Translations under genes and position numbers: made by a program | Origin: Clostridia bacterium | Lineage (GTDB): Bacteria > Bacillota > Clostridia > TANB77 > CAG-465 | Direction: 5' to 3' | Assembly: GCA_051886195.1 (NCBI GenBank) | Contig: JBJEXW010000005.1 | Span: forward strand, 1,360 to 65,359 | Length of the DNA: 64,000 nt | Notes under the pieces: generated by a model | Seen by the model: only the letters and a program-made list of their open reading frames with translations | What the model was told of the DNA's origin: nothing | Database searches by the model: none | In this document: in pieces, positions 28,899 to 39,071 of the stretch | Layout: the number at the start of each line of letters is the position of its first letter | Position numbering within the stretch: the stretch's first letter is position 1

Positions 28899-30242
28899 AT
28901 GTTAAGAAAGGTATTAATAGCAAATAGGGGAGAAATAGCAGTAAGGATTATTAGAGCGTGTAAAGAAATGAATATAAAGACTGTTGCTGTATATTCTGAA
29001 GCAGATAAAGAAGCTTTACATGTAAAATTAGCAGATGAAGCATATTGTATTGGACCAGCACAAGCAACTAAAAGTTATTTAAATGAAAAAAATATTCTTG
29101 AAGCGGCAGTTTTAAGTGAGGCAGATAGTATTCATCCAGGATTTGGATTTTTAGCTGAAAATTCAAAATTTGCTAAGATGTGTGAAGAATGTAATCTTAA
29201 ATTTATAGGTCCATCATATAAAACTATAGAACTAATGGGTAATAAAATAAACAGTAAAAACCTTATGAGAGATAATAATGTTCCTGTAATTGAAGGCTCA
29301 AAAGGTAAAATTAACTCTTTTAAAGATGCAAAAGAACAAGCCACAAAGATTGGCTATCCAATTATTCTTAAAGCTTCTGCAGGAGGCGGAGGAAAAGGCA
29401 TTAGAATTGTATTTAATGAAGAAGACCTAAAAGAAATGTTAGATTTAGTAAAGCAAGAAGCCAGAAATTCTTTTAATGATGACACAATATATATGGAAAA
29501 GTATATTCAAAACCCAAGACATGTTGAAATTCAGATATTATCAGATAAATATAATAATTGTGTATATCTCGGTGAAAGAGATTGCTCTGTGCAAAGAAAC
29601 AATCAGAAAATAATAGAAGAAAGTCCGTCAACAATACTAAATAACTCTTTAAGAAGAGAAATGGGAAAAGCAGCTGTAAGAGCAGCAAAAGCTGCAAATT
29701 ATGAAGGAGCAGGAACAATAGAATTTTTAGTAGACAAAGATAATAATTATTATTTTATGGAAATGAATACAAGAATTCAAGTTGAGCATCCTGTAACTGA
29801 AATGATGACAGGGATAGATATAGTAAAACAGCAATTAAAAATTGCATCAGGATTAAGATTAGATTTATCTCAAGAGAAAATCATTCCAAAAGGCCATAGT
29901 ATAGAATGTAGAATTAACGCAGAAAATCCATATAAAAATTTTATACCATCTCCAGGAAAAATAGAAAAATTGATACTTCCTGGTGGAAATGAAACAAGAA
30001 TTGATACCGCTGTATATGAAGGATATGAAATTCCACCATTTTATGATTCAATGATTGCAAAGGTAATTGTACATGCAAGAAATAGAAATGATGCAATAGC
30101 TAAAATGAATAGAGCATTAAGCGAATGTAAGATTGAAGGTGTAGATACAAACATTAACTTTTTAGAAGACATATTAAATAACTATAAATTTAAAAGTGGT
30201 GAATTTACAACAGCGTTAATTAAAGAGGAGTTTAATTTATGA
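28899..30242 (+). CDS. accC: Biotin carboxylase
   Basis: ANRGEIA, GGGGKG, EMNTRIQVEHPVTE, YDSMIAK. Confidence 0.97.
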   Translation: MLRKVLIANRGEIAVRIIRACKEMNIKTVAVYSEADKEALHVKLADEAYCIGPAQATKSYLNEKNILEAAVLSEADSIHPGFGFLAENSKFAKMCEECNLKFIGPSYKTIELMGNKINSKNLMRDNNVPVIEGSKGKINSFKDAKEQATKIGYPIILKASAGGGGKGIRIVFNEEDLKEMLDLVKQEARNSFNDDTIYMEKYIQNPRHVEIQILSDKYNNCVYLGERDCSVQRNNQKIIEESPSTILNNSLRREMGKAAVRAAKAANYEGAGTIEFLVDKDNNYYFMEMNTRIQVEHPVTEMMTGIDIVKQQLKIASGLRLDLSQEKIIPKGHSIECRINAENPYKNFIPSPGKIEKLILPGGNETRIDTAVYEGYEIPPFYDSMIAKVIVHARNRNDAIAKMNRALSECKIEGVDTNINFLEDILNNYKFKSGEFTTALIKEEFNL

Positions 30243-31051
30243 TAGAGATTAAAAAAGCAGATATACCAGTAGGAAAATGGATAAAATGTCCTAGTTGTAA
30301 AGAAATACTATATAAAGAAGATGTAAAGAATAATTTAAGTATTTGTCCAAAATGTCAAAATTATTTTAGACTTTCAAGTAGAAGAAGAATAGAGCAAGTA
30401 GTAGATAGTGGAACTTTTGAGGAATTTGAACTTAATATTGATACAAAAAATCCACTAGATATGCCAGAATATGTTCAGAAAATAGAGGGATTAAGGCAGA
30501 AAACAGGCTTAAAAGAAGCTGTAAAATGTGGTATTGGAAAAATTAATAATAATGAAGCCATAATTTGTGCAATGGATTCAAATTTTTTTATGGGAAGCAT
30601 GGGATATGTAGTAGGTGAATATATAACGTATTCGTTTGAAAAAGCTATAGAGAAAAATTTACCTATTGTTATTTTTACAGTATCAGGTGGAGCAAGGATG
30701 CAAGAGGGAATAATTTCATTAATGCAAATGGCAAAAACTAGTTCAGTAGTAAATAAATTAAATGATAAAGGACTTTTATACATAAGTGTTTTGACAGATC
30801 CTACTTATGGTGGAGTTACTGCGAGTTTTGCTACTCTTGCAGATGTAATAATTGCTGAGCCTAAAGCTATGGTTGGATTTGCTGGAAAAAGAGTAATTGA
30901 GCAGACAATAAATGAAAAATTACCAGATGAGTTTCAATCATCAGAGTTTTTATTTAATCATGGATTTGTGGATAAAATAGTTGAACGTAAAGATTTAAAA
31001 GATACAATAGCAAAAATAATCACTATGAGTAAGGGGGCTTATAATGGATAA
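30239..31051 (+). CDS. accD: Acetyl-CoA carboxylase carboxyltransferase beta subunit
   Basis: C4 zinc finger, GSMG, SGGARMQEG, GFAGKRVI. Confidence 0.96.
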   Translation: MIEIKKADIPVGKWIKCPSCKEILYKEDVKNNLSICPKCQNYFRLSSRRRIEQVVDSGTFEEFELNIDTKNPLDMPEYVQKIEGLRQKTGLKEAVKCGIGKINNNEAIICAMDSNFFMGSMGYVVGEYITYSFEKAIEKNLPIVIFTVSGGARMQEGIISLMQMAKTSSVVNKLNDKGLLYISVLTDPTYGGVTASFATLADVIIAEPKAMVGFAGKRVIEQTINEKLPDEFQSSEFLFNHGFVDKIVERKDLKDTIAKIITMSKGAYNG

Positions 31052-31841
31052 TATGGCATGGAAGAAAGTACAAATTGCAAGAGAAAAGGATAGACCTACA
31101 GCATTAGACTACATAGAAAATATTTTTGATGAATTTATTGAGTTTCATGGAGATAGAGATTATGCAGAAGATGGAGCAATTGTATGTGGAATAGCTTCGT
31201 TAAATAATGTAAATTATACAATTATTGCTGAACAAAAAGGAAGAGATACAAAAGAAAATATAAAAAGAAATTTTGGAATGCCAAATCCTGAAAGCTATAA
31301 AAAAGCTATTAGAATTATGAAGCAATCAGAAAAATTTAAAAGACCATTAATTACATTTATAGATACTAAAGGTGCATATCCTGGAATAGGTGCAGAAGAA
31401 AGAGGACAAGGACAAGTAATCGCTAAATGTATTGAAACAATGTCAGCATTAAAGATTCCAACAATTTCATATGTAATTGGTGAAGGCTCAAGTGGAGGAG
31501 CTTTAGCAATAGGAGTGGCAGATAGAGTTATGATGCTTGAAAATTCAATATATTCAATTCTGTCTCCTGAAGGATATTCTAGTATACTTTGGAAAGATTC
31601 ATCAAGAAAAGAAGAAGCAGCTGAAAAAATGAGACTTACCGCAAAAGATTTATATGATTTAAAAATAATAGATGAAGTGCTTGAAGAACCAAATGGAAAT
31701 GCAAAAACAGATATTATTAAGATGTCAGAAAGTATAAAAGATAGTATATTCAAAAATATGAAAGAATTAATGAATAAAAAAGAAAAAATTCTCTTAGAGG
31801 ATAGATATAAAAAATATAGGAATATGGGAGGAGAATATTAA
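31044..31841 (+). CDS. accA: Acetyl-CoA carboxylase carboxyltransferase alpha subunit
   Basis: RNFGMPNPE, FIDTKGAYPG, GEGSSGGALA, SILSPEG. Confidence 0.96.
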   Translation: MDNMAWKKVQIAREKDRPTALDYIENIFDEFIEFHGDRDYAEDGAIVCGIASLNNVNYTIIAEQKGRDTKENIKRNFGMPNPESYKKAIRIMKQSEKFKRPLITFIDTKGAYPGIGAEERGQGQVIAKCIETMSALKIPTISYVIGEGSSGGALAIGVADRVMMLENSIYSILSPEGYSSILWKDSSRKEEAAEKMRLTAKDLYDLKIIDEVLEEPNGNAKTDIIKMSESIKDSIFKNMKELMNKKEKILLEDRYKKYRNMGGEY

Positions 31842-32608
31842 TGTTAAAGAAAAAGAAAGTATTAATTATGGGAATTAGGAATAAATGGTCCATTGCTTAT
31901 GGCGCAGCAAAATCTGCATATGAACAGGGAGCAAAATTATATTTTACTTATATGGGAGAGGAAAATAAGGAAAAAATAGAAGAACTAATTAGCGAATTTA
32001 AAGGAGCTAAAGCTTTTGAGTGTGATGTAAGTGATGAACAAAAAGTTGAGGCTTTGTTTTCAAAATTTAAAGCTAAGTATGATAAGTTTGATGCCATCGT
32101 ACATTGTATTGCGCATGCTAACACTCAAGATTTAAGAGGTGAGTTTATATATACAAGTAAAGAAGGATTTTTACATGCTAATGAAGTTAGTGCATATTCT
32201 TTAGTTCTTATTGCAAGAAAAGCAAAAGAAATTGAACTTTTAGGAGAAGGAGGAAGTATTGTTTGCCTTACTTATCATGGATCTACAAAAGTATTTCCAG
32301 GATATAATGTTATGGGAGTTGCAAAAGCTGCATTAGAATCTAGTGTTAGGTATTTAGCTTCAAATTTAGGAGAAGATGGAATAAGAGTTAATGCTGTATC
32401 AGCAGGACCAATAAAAACATTATCTGCAAAGGGAATTCAAAATTTTAGTTCAATACTAGATGTTGTTGAAAAAAGTGCACCTCTTAAAAGAAATGTTACT
32501 ACAATAGAAGTTGGAAATGTAATTAGTTTTTTGTGTAGTCCTCTTTCAAGTTCAATTACTGGTCAAGTTATATATGCAGATAATGGTTACTCAATTATGG
32601 GATTATAG
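31841..32608 (+). CDS. fabI: Enoyl-ACP reductase FabI
   Basis: GIRNKWSIA, YNVMGVAK catalytic motif, SAGPIKTL. Confidence 0.92.
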   Translation: MLKKKKVLIMGIRNKWSIAYGAAKSAYEQGAKLYFTYMGEENKEKIEELISEFKGAKAFECDVSDEQKVEALFSKFKAKYDKFDAIVHCIAHANTQDLRGEFIYTSKEGFLHANEVSAYSLVLIARKAKEIELLGEGGSIVCLTYHGSTKVFPGYNVMGVAKAALESSVRYLASNLGEDGIRVNAVSAGPIKTLSAKGIQNFSSILDVVEKSAPLKRNVTTIEVGNVISFLCSPLSSSITGQVIYADNGYSIMGL

Positions 32609-32616
32609 GAGGAAAA

Positions 32617-33681
32617 ATGAAGTTACCAAAATTAAAAATAGGAGAAAAATTATTGGAAATACCAATAATACAAGGTGGAATGGGAGTTGGTGTATCCCTA
32701 GCAAATTTAGCTGGAAATGTAGCAAAAAATGGTGGCCTTGGAGTTATTTCAAGTGCTCAAATTGGATTTAAGGAAGAAGATTTTGAGACAAATACATATG
32801 AAGCAAATTATAGAGCATTAGAAAAAAATATAAAAAAAGCAAAGAAAATAAGCAATAATAATGGAATGATTGGAGTAAATATAATGTGCGTTACTACCAA
32901 TTATGAAGAAATGGTTAAAAAGGCTGCAGGCGCAGGTGCAGATATAATTATTTCTGGAGCAGGATTACCAAAAAATTTACCGGAGTTGGTTAAAGGATAC
33001 GAAACTAAAATTGCACCAATAGTATCAAGTGCTCGAGCAGCAAATTTAATCTGTAAGTTATGGACAACAAAATATGATTATATTCCAGACATGATTGTAG
33101 TAGAAGGTCCAAAAGCAGGTGGACATTTAGGATTTAACATTGAAGAGTTAAGTAATGAAGAAATAGATATTTTTAATATTACTTCTCAAGTAAGAAATAT
33201 AATAAAACAATATGAAGAAAAATATAATAAACATATTCCAGTAATATCTGCCGGTGGAATATTTGATGGAAAAGATATAGTAAAAGCTCTAAAATATGGT
33301 GCTGATGGAGTTCAAATTGCTACAAAGTTTGTTACTACAAAAGAGTGCGATGCAGATATAAAGTTTAAAGAAGCTTATGTAAGAGCCAAAAAAGAAGACG
33401 TTATTATTATAAAAAGTCCTGTTGGAATGCCTGGCAGAGCAATTAAAAATCATTTTTTAGAAAACCTAAAAGATTATAAATTAACTAAATGTTTTAACTG
33501 CATAAAAACTTGCGATAGAAAAACAATACCATATTGTATAACACAAGCTTTAATCAACTCTGTAACTGGAAACATAGATAATGGTCTTATTTTTTGTGGT
33601 AGTAATGTAGATAAAATAGACAAAATAACAGACGTAAAAACTGTTATAAGCGAATTAATTAAAGAGGCGAATGAATTATGA
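32617..33681 (+). CDS. fabK: FabK/nitronate monooxygenase family flavoprotein
   Basis: IIQGGMGVG, EGPKAGGH, SAGGIFDG, SPVGMPGRA; lies inside the fab operon. Confidence 0.75.
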   Translation: MKLPKLKIGEKLLEIPIIQGGMGVGVSLANLAGNVAKNGGLGVISSAQIGFKEEDFETNTYEANYRALEKNIKKAKKISNNNGMIGVNIMCVTTNYEEMVKKAAGAGADIIISGAGLPKNLPELVKGYETKIAPIVSSARAANLICKLWTTKYDYIPDMIVVEGPKAGGHLGFNIEELSNEEIDIFNITSQVRNIIKQYEEKYNKHIPVISAGGIFDGKDIVKALKYGADGVQIATKFVTTKECDADIKFKEAYVRAKKEDVIIIKSPVGMPGRAIKNHFLENLKDYKLTKCFNCIKTCDRKTIPYCITQALINSVTGNIDNGLIFCGSNVDKIDKITDVKTVISELIKEANEL

Positions 33682-33908
33682 GTAAAAAGATGAATAATAA
33701 TGAATTACTTAAATATGGTGTTGAAAAGCTTGAATTAAGTAATAGTATTTGTACAAAATTAAAATTTAATGAAATTGATACTATAGGTAAGCTTTGTAGT
33801 CATACTAGAAGAGAATTAAGAAATTTAGATTTTGTACAAAGTGATATTCAGTCAATAGTAATTAAATTACAATTAAAAGGATTAGACATAAAAGGAAATG
33901 AATATTAA
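33678..33908 (+). CDS. Stand-alone RNA polymerase alpha C-terminal-domain-like protein
   Basis: LLKYGVEKLELS...LK...IDTIGKL...T..EL...I...L...GL matches the alpha-CTD pattern; overlaps fabK by 4 nt. Confidence 0.7.
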   Translation: MSKKMNNNELLKYGVEKLELSNSICTKLKFNEIDTIGKLCSHTRRELRNLDFVQSDIQSIVIKLQLKGLDIKGNEY

Positions 33909-34050
33909 TATTTAAAAAATGTACTTTAGCTTATGTGCTAAGGTACTTTTTATATATTAAATAACACTTAAAGGAAACTTGATTTTCTTGATATTTAGTC
34001 CTTCGTATGGTATAATCCTCTTGAAAAAAATAATAAGGAGGTTGTGTCTT

Positions 34051-34575
34051 ATGAAAAATTTAGAAGATTATGTAGAAAGTATAATTGACTTTCCAAAAGA
34101 GGGAATTATATTTCGTGATGTTACATCGGTATTATCAGATAAAGAGGGATTAAAGCTTGCAATAGAAACTATGCAAGAAAAGTTAAGTGATATAGATTTT
34201 GATGTTATTGTTGCACCAGAATCTAGAGGATTTATTTTTGGAATGCCTATAGCATATAACTTAAATAAATCTTTTGTACCAGTAAGAAAGAAAGGAAAAT
34301 TACCAAGGGAGACGATTTCGCAAGATTATAATTTAGAATATGGAACAGCAACATTACAAATGCATAAAGATAGTATAAAACCAGGAGATAGAATTGTCAT
34401 TATAGATGATTTAATTGCAACAGGAGGAACAATTGAAGCAATAATAAAAATGGTTAATAGCTTAGGTGGAATAGTTGTAAGGGTATGTGCATTAATAGAA
34501 CTTATAGATTTAGATGCTAGAAAATTACTTAAAGATATAGATATAAAGTCTTGTATAATTTATGAAGGAGAATAG
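34051..34575 (+). CDS. apt: Adenine phosphoribosyltransferase
   Basis: DFPKEGIIFRD, PESRGF, RKKGKLP, LEYG, IIDDLIATGGT; start at 34051 by RBS. Confidence 0.96.
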   Translation: MKNLEDYVESIIDFPKEGIIFRDVTSVLSDKEGLKLAIETMQEKLSDIDFDVIVAPESRGFIFGMPIAYNLNKSFVPVRKKGKLPRETISQDYNLEYGTATLQMHKDSIKPGDRIVIIDDLIATGGTIEAIIKMVNSLGGIVVRVCALIELIDLDARKLLKDIDIKSCIIYEGE

Positions 34576-34577
34576 TT

Positions 34578-35276
34578 ATGAAGAAAATTGGTATAATTGC
34601 TGCAATGAAAGAAGAAATGGAGCAAATTAAAAATATTATGTCTAATATTTCAGAGAAGAAAATATATAATTTAGTTTTTTATATTGGGACAATATCTAGT
34701 AGAGAATGTGTGCTTGTAGAATGTGGTATTGGAAAAGTAAATGCTGCAAGAACAACTCAAATTCTAATAGATAATTTTGAAATTGAATATGTAATAAATA
34801 TTGGTACTGCAGGAGCTACAAGTAAAGAGCTTAATACTACAGATGTAGTTATAGCAGATAGACTTATACAATATGATTTTGATATTACTGCATTTGGACA
34901 TGAAAAGGGATATATTACTGGAGTTGGCCAATATGTAAAAGCTGATAGTTCTTTAGTTAAAAAATGTAAAGAAGTAATGAAAAAGTTGGATAAAAAAGAT
35001 AACTATAAAGTTCATGTTGGAACAATTGCATCTGGAGATACTTTTTGTACGGATAGAAATATTGCAGATAGTTTATACATAAACTATAATGCGATTTGTG
35101 TAGAAATGGAGGGAGCTGCAATAGGGCAAATTTGTACATTAGATGAAGTACCTTTCATTGTTGTTAGAAGTATATCAGATAGTCCTAATGGAAATAATAA
35201 TATAGAATTTGATGAATATCTAAAAATTTCTTCTAAAAGATGTGCTACGTTTTTAAGAGAGATGTTAAATGATTAA
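34578..35276 (+). CDS. mtnN: 5'-methylthioadenosine/S-adenosylhomocysteine nucleosidase
   Basis: IIAAMKEE, GIGKVNAA, GTAG, VEMEGAA, RSISD. Confidence 0.95.
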   Translation: MKKIGIIAAMKEEMEQIKNIMSNISEKKIYNLVFYIGTISSRECVLVECGIGKVNAARTTQILIDNFEIEYVINIGTAGATSKELNTTDVVIADRLIQYDFDITAFGHEKGYITGVGQYVKADSSLVKKCKEVMKKLDKKDNYKVHVGTIASGDTFCTDRNIADSLYINYNAICVEMEGAAIGQICTLDEVPFIVVRSISDSPNGNNNIEFDEYLKISSKRCATFLREMLND

Positions 35277-35311
35277 ATAGGTTCGTTTGAACCTATTTTT
35301 TGTGTAAATTA

Positions 35312-35340
35312 TTGCAAATCATCTGCAAAAATGTTATAAT
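35312..35340 (+). promoter_or_regulatory. Extended -10 promoter of the Ca2+/Na+ antiporter gene
   Basis: TTGCAA, 17 bp, TG-n-TATAAT; the spacer contains a GCAAATCATCTGC near-palindrome. Confidence 0.7.
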
Positions 35341-35421
35341 GGTTTTTATGTGATTTTTTTTGAACATTCATAAACTTAAGAATGTTTTTTTGCTTAAAGC
35401 GTAAATTTATATAAGAAAGGA

Positions 35422-36372
35422 ATGATGCAGATGATACAAAATATTGTATTCATTGCTATTGGCTTTGCTATGCTTATGTTAGGAGCCAAATGGCTGGTAG
35501 ATGGATCAAGTGCAATTGCACGAAAATATCATATACCTGAGATTGTTATTGGACTTACAATAGTATCAATTGGAACATCTATGCCAGAGCTTATGGTTAG
35601 CTTTACTTCTGCACTTGAAGGACATTCAGACATTTCTGTAGGAAATGTAATAGGCAGTAATTTATGCAATTTATTGCTTATTTTAGGACTTACGTCTATT
35701 GTTACACCATTAGTTTTTAGTAAGACAACAAAAGATTATGATATTTCCATTATGCTTTTTTCAACTATAATTGTACTATTACTTGCTAATAAAGGAAATA
35801 TTTTAAGTAGAGCAGATGGTATTTTATTACTAGTACTTTTTATTTTCTTTATTTTATATACAATAAAAATTGCTCAAAAAAGCATGAATAATTGTAAAGA
35901 GAATGAAGCTGAAATTCCAAAAGGAAAAATGATAGTATCTGTAATAAAAATATTAGTAGGAATAGTATTACTAAAATTTGGTGGCGACATAAGTGTAAAT
36001 AATGCAGTTGAGGTTGCACAGATATTAGGAGTTTCAGAAAGAATAATAGGAGTAACTATTGTTGCAATTGGAACAAGTTTGCCTGAGCTTATCACATCAA
36101 TTGTGGCTGCATTTAAAAAAGAGATAGATATTGCAATTGGCAATATAGTAGGCTCAAATATATTTAATCTATTATTAATACTTGGTGTTTCTGCCACTAT
36201 TAGTCCTATAGTGTATAGTATCGAATATAACTTAGATTTTATTCTATTAAGTATTGCTAGTCTTTTATTATTATGTTTTGCTATGTTTGGAAAAAAAGAT
36301 ACTATGACAAGATTTAACGGATTGATTTATTTATTAATGTATGGTGGATATATGGCCAGTTTGATTTTTTAG
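35422..36372 (+). CDS. Calcium/sodium antiporter (YrbG/CaCA family)
   Basis: Two alpha repeats, GTSMPEL...GNVIGSN and GTSLPEL...GNIVGSN. Confidence 0.93.
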   Translation: MMQMIQNIVFIAIGFAMLMLGAKWLVDGSSAIARKYHIPEIVIGLTIVSIGTSMPELMVSFTSALEGHSDISVGNVIGSNLCNLLLILGLTSIVTPLVFSKTTKDYDISIMLFSTIIVLLLANKGNILSRADGILLLVLFIFFILYTIKIAQKSMNNCKENEAEIPKGKMIVSVIKILVGIVLLKFGGDISVNNAVEVAQILGVSERIIGVTIVAIGTSLPELITSIVAAFKKEIDIAIGNIVGSNIFNLLLILGVSATISPIVYSIEYNLDFILLSIASLLLLCFAMFGKKDTMTRFNGLIYLLMYGGYMASLIF

Positions 36373-36443
36373 AGTTTCTGATATAGAAACTCTTTTTTCT
36401 TTTTTTGATTATATGGTATAATATATATTCAGGAGATGAATTT

Positions 36444-37436
36444 ATGAAAGAATATGATTTTTTAAGTACAAATAGTTCACCATATCTTGGTATAATATTG
36501 GCTATACTATCTATTATTCCAATCATACTTACATATACAATTTTTAAGCCAAAATTTAAAAAGATAGAAATTAAAAAAATGAACAAAAAAGAACGAATAA
36601 TGTTTTTTATAAATAAAATAATATATTTAGTTAATATTATATTATTAGTAATAAGAAAAGATATTTTTGATATAAAAACAGCAAATATATGGTTTGGAAT
36701 TATGTGCTTTTTTTATATATTATACTATGAGTTATATATTAGATATGTAATAAGAGGCAGGGCTCAAAAAGAATTATATAATCAATTTATGTATATAAAA
36801 GTACCAATATTTTTATCTATGTCACTTTCTTTAGTATTTGCAGGAATATGGGCTAAAGATTTTATTACAGTTATTACTTCTATTATCTTTGCTATTACTA
36901 ACTTATATTCATCATACAAAATATATATGAAATATTTTACAGAGTACAGAGATTTATATGATTCAAGTAGAAAATTTACAGGTAGAAAAATGCTAAAAGA
37001 TGGTTTTCAGCCTAAAGGATTTAAATATGTTACAGTAGTAGTTTTTATATTTAATCCCAAAAATAGAAAATGGTTAATGCAAAAAAGGAGTGTAGACAAA
37101 GGCGGAAAATGGGCAACAACATCGGGTCATCCAATTAGTGGGCAAACAAGCATACAAGGAATTGTATCAGAAATTCAAGAAGAATTAGGACTTAAAGTAT
37201 TAGAAGAAGAACTTGAATTTGTAACAACCATTGACAGAAAGAATAAATTTTCAGATATATATTATCTTGAAAAAGAAATAAATATAAAAGAATTAAATAT
37301 ACAAAAAGAAGAAGTTGATGATGTAAAATGGATGACAGATAAAGATATAGAATCATTATATATTAACAACAAGTTTAAAAAGACTCATTATAAATATTAT
37401 ATAGAAATGAAAAAAAGAAAAAAGAATGTAAAATGA
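36444..37436 (+). CDS. Membrane domain fused to a degenerate NUDIX domain
   Basis: About 5 TM helices, then QKRS..K.GKW and a box GHPISGQTSIQGIVSEIQEELGL; start 36444 by AGGAG RBS. Confidence 0.75.
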   Translation: MKEYDFLSTNSSPYLGIILAILSIIPIILTYTIFKPKFKKIEIKKMNKKERIMFFINKIIYLVNIILLVIRKDIFDIKTANIWFGIMCFFYILYYELYIRYVIRGRAQKELYNQFMYIKVPIFLSMSLSLVFAGIWAKDFITVITSIIFAITNLYSSYKIYMKYFTEYRDLYDSSRKFTGRKMLKDGFQPKGFKYVTVVVFIFNPKNRKWLMQKRSVDKGGKWATTSGHPISGQTSIQGIVSEIQEELGLKVLEEELEFVTTIDRKNKFSDIYYLEKEINIKELNIQKEEVDDVKWMTDKDIESLYINNKFKKTHYKYYIEMKKRKKNVK

Positions 37437-37515
37437 TGAAAGTTTTATAACTTAGAATAAATTTGTAGATTTTTAGTGTGCTTTGTGATATTATAATACT
37501 TATAGGAGGAACATT

Positions 37516-38259
37516 ATGGAGAATATTGACAATTCAAAATTAATTGAACTAATAGATAAACTTAAAGAGGAAAAAAATATGGAGGCACAAAATAAAGTAA
37601 TATCAGAAGTACTTAAATCAAAATTTATGTGTCCAGTAATATTAGAATCTGCACCTAAAGGTGGCGGAAAAATTGAGGTTGGAAAAGATACTAAAATACA
37701 ATTTTCAATAATAAAAACTAAAGAAGGAAAAAATTTCTTAATTGCGTTTACTAGTGAGCCAGAAGTTCATAAATGGCAAAAATCTAAAATACAGCAATCT
37801 ATAATATATACCTTTGAAGATTATGCAATGATTGTTACAAACAATGAAAACCTTGAAGGGTTTGTAATAGATCCTATGGGCTGTAATTTAGTATTTACAA
37901 AGCAGATGATTAAAGAAATAAAACAAAATGTAACTAAAGAAACTGTAATGGAAAAGGATACTAAAATTGAAATTGGAATACCAAAGGATTATCCAGAGGA
38001 GCTTGCTAAAAAATTAAAAGACTTATTTTCAAATTTTCCAGATGTAAAAAAAGCATATTTACTTCTTATGACAAAAGAAGAAGAACTAAGTTATTTATTA
38101 GTTATTGATGCTAATGGTAATGAAAAACAATACTTTAATACAATTGCTACAGCATCAATTCCATTTTTAAATAACATGCCACTTAATTTTATTGAAGCTA
38201 ATACAGATTTAGGTCAAAAAGTTGCTATAGACTTTAAGCCTTTTTACGTAGCTGAATAG
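37516..38259 (+). CDS. SseB family protein (N- and C-terminal SseB domains)
   Basis: FLIAFTSE, GFVIDP, IEIGIPKDYPEEL, AYLLLM. Confidence 0.75.
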   Translation: MENIDNSKLIELIDKLKEEKNMEAQNKVISEVLKSKFMCPVILESAPKGGGKIEVGKDTKIQFSIIKTKEGKNFLIAFTSEPEVHKWQKSKIQQSIIYTFEDYAMIVTNNENLEGFVIDPMGCNLVFTKQMIKEIKQNVTKETVMEKDTKIEIGIPKDYPEELAKKLKDLFSNFPDVKKAYLLLMTKEEELSYLLVIDANGNEKQYFNTIATASIPFLNNMPLNFIEANTDLGQKVAIDFKPFYVAE

Positions 38260-38299
38260 CATTAAATAAAAGCTAATCTAATTTTTTTAGATTAGCTTT

Positions 38300-38929
38300 T
38301 TAATATTTTAAAGTGATTTTATTACTTTCTCTAATAATAAAGCCTTCTTTTTGAAGTGATTTTAGCTCTCTCATCATTGCACTTCTATCTACACTTAGAT
38401 AATCTGCAAGATCAGTATAAGATAAGGGAATATAAAAAGTTCTAGTTAGACCTCCATTAGTTAGTGTTGCAAAATAAGACTGAAGCTTTTCTCTAATACT
38501 TCTTTTAGTTAATAGCTCTATTCTAATGTTTTGATTAATTGTTTTATTAAGTACGAGTTTTAGTAGATTGTTGTTTAAGATTTCATGAAACTTACAACCT
38601 CTTGTACATTTTTTTAAAATATCATCATAAATAAAATAAACAACTTCACACTTTTCCTTTGCTACAACAAATAGTTCGTTATTTGTTCTAACAGGAAAAA
38701 AGATTTCGCCAAATACATCGTTAGATTTTAGAGTCTCAACAATTGTTTTATTTCCATTAATATCATATCTAACAAGGTCTGCAAGACCTTGTTTTAATAT
38801 ACATATTTGATTTCTATTTTTTATGTAGGTAGTAATTATATCATTTTTATCAAATTTTTTTGTTTGAGCTTTTGAACAGTCATTTTGTAATTGTTGTGTA
38901 AACTCTTCAATGTTAAAATCGCTATACAA
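38300..38929 (-). CDS. Crp/Fnr family transcriptional regulator
   Basis: cNMP-like domain (DVFGEIF), KRSIREKL, LSYTDLADYLSVDRSAMMREL HTH. Confidence 0.92.
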   Translation of the reverse strand: MYSDFNIEEFTQQLQNDCSKAQTKKFDKNDIITTYIKNRNQICILKQGLADLVRYDINGNKTIVETLKSNDVFGEIFFPVRTNNELFVVAKEKCEVVYFIYDDILKKCTRGCKFHEILNNNLLKLVLNKTINQNIRIELLTKRSIREKLQSYFATLTNGGLTRTFYIPLSYTDLADYLSVDRSAMMRELKSLQKEGFIIRESNKITLKY

Positions 38930-39071
38930 ACCAATCCCTCCATTTTTGTTACATTATACTATAAAATTTTAAAAAAATAAATACTACATTTTTGTAATCT
39001 AAATGATATAAATTCTAAATCCCTTGGTATTACTATGTTTCAAGAATCGACAAAAAATATTTTTTTGTTTT

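Noticed and set aside
33678-33908. Acyl carrier protein
   Set aside because: Right size and place, but no DSL/GxDS serine motif and not acidic; the pattern fits alpha-CTD.
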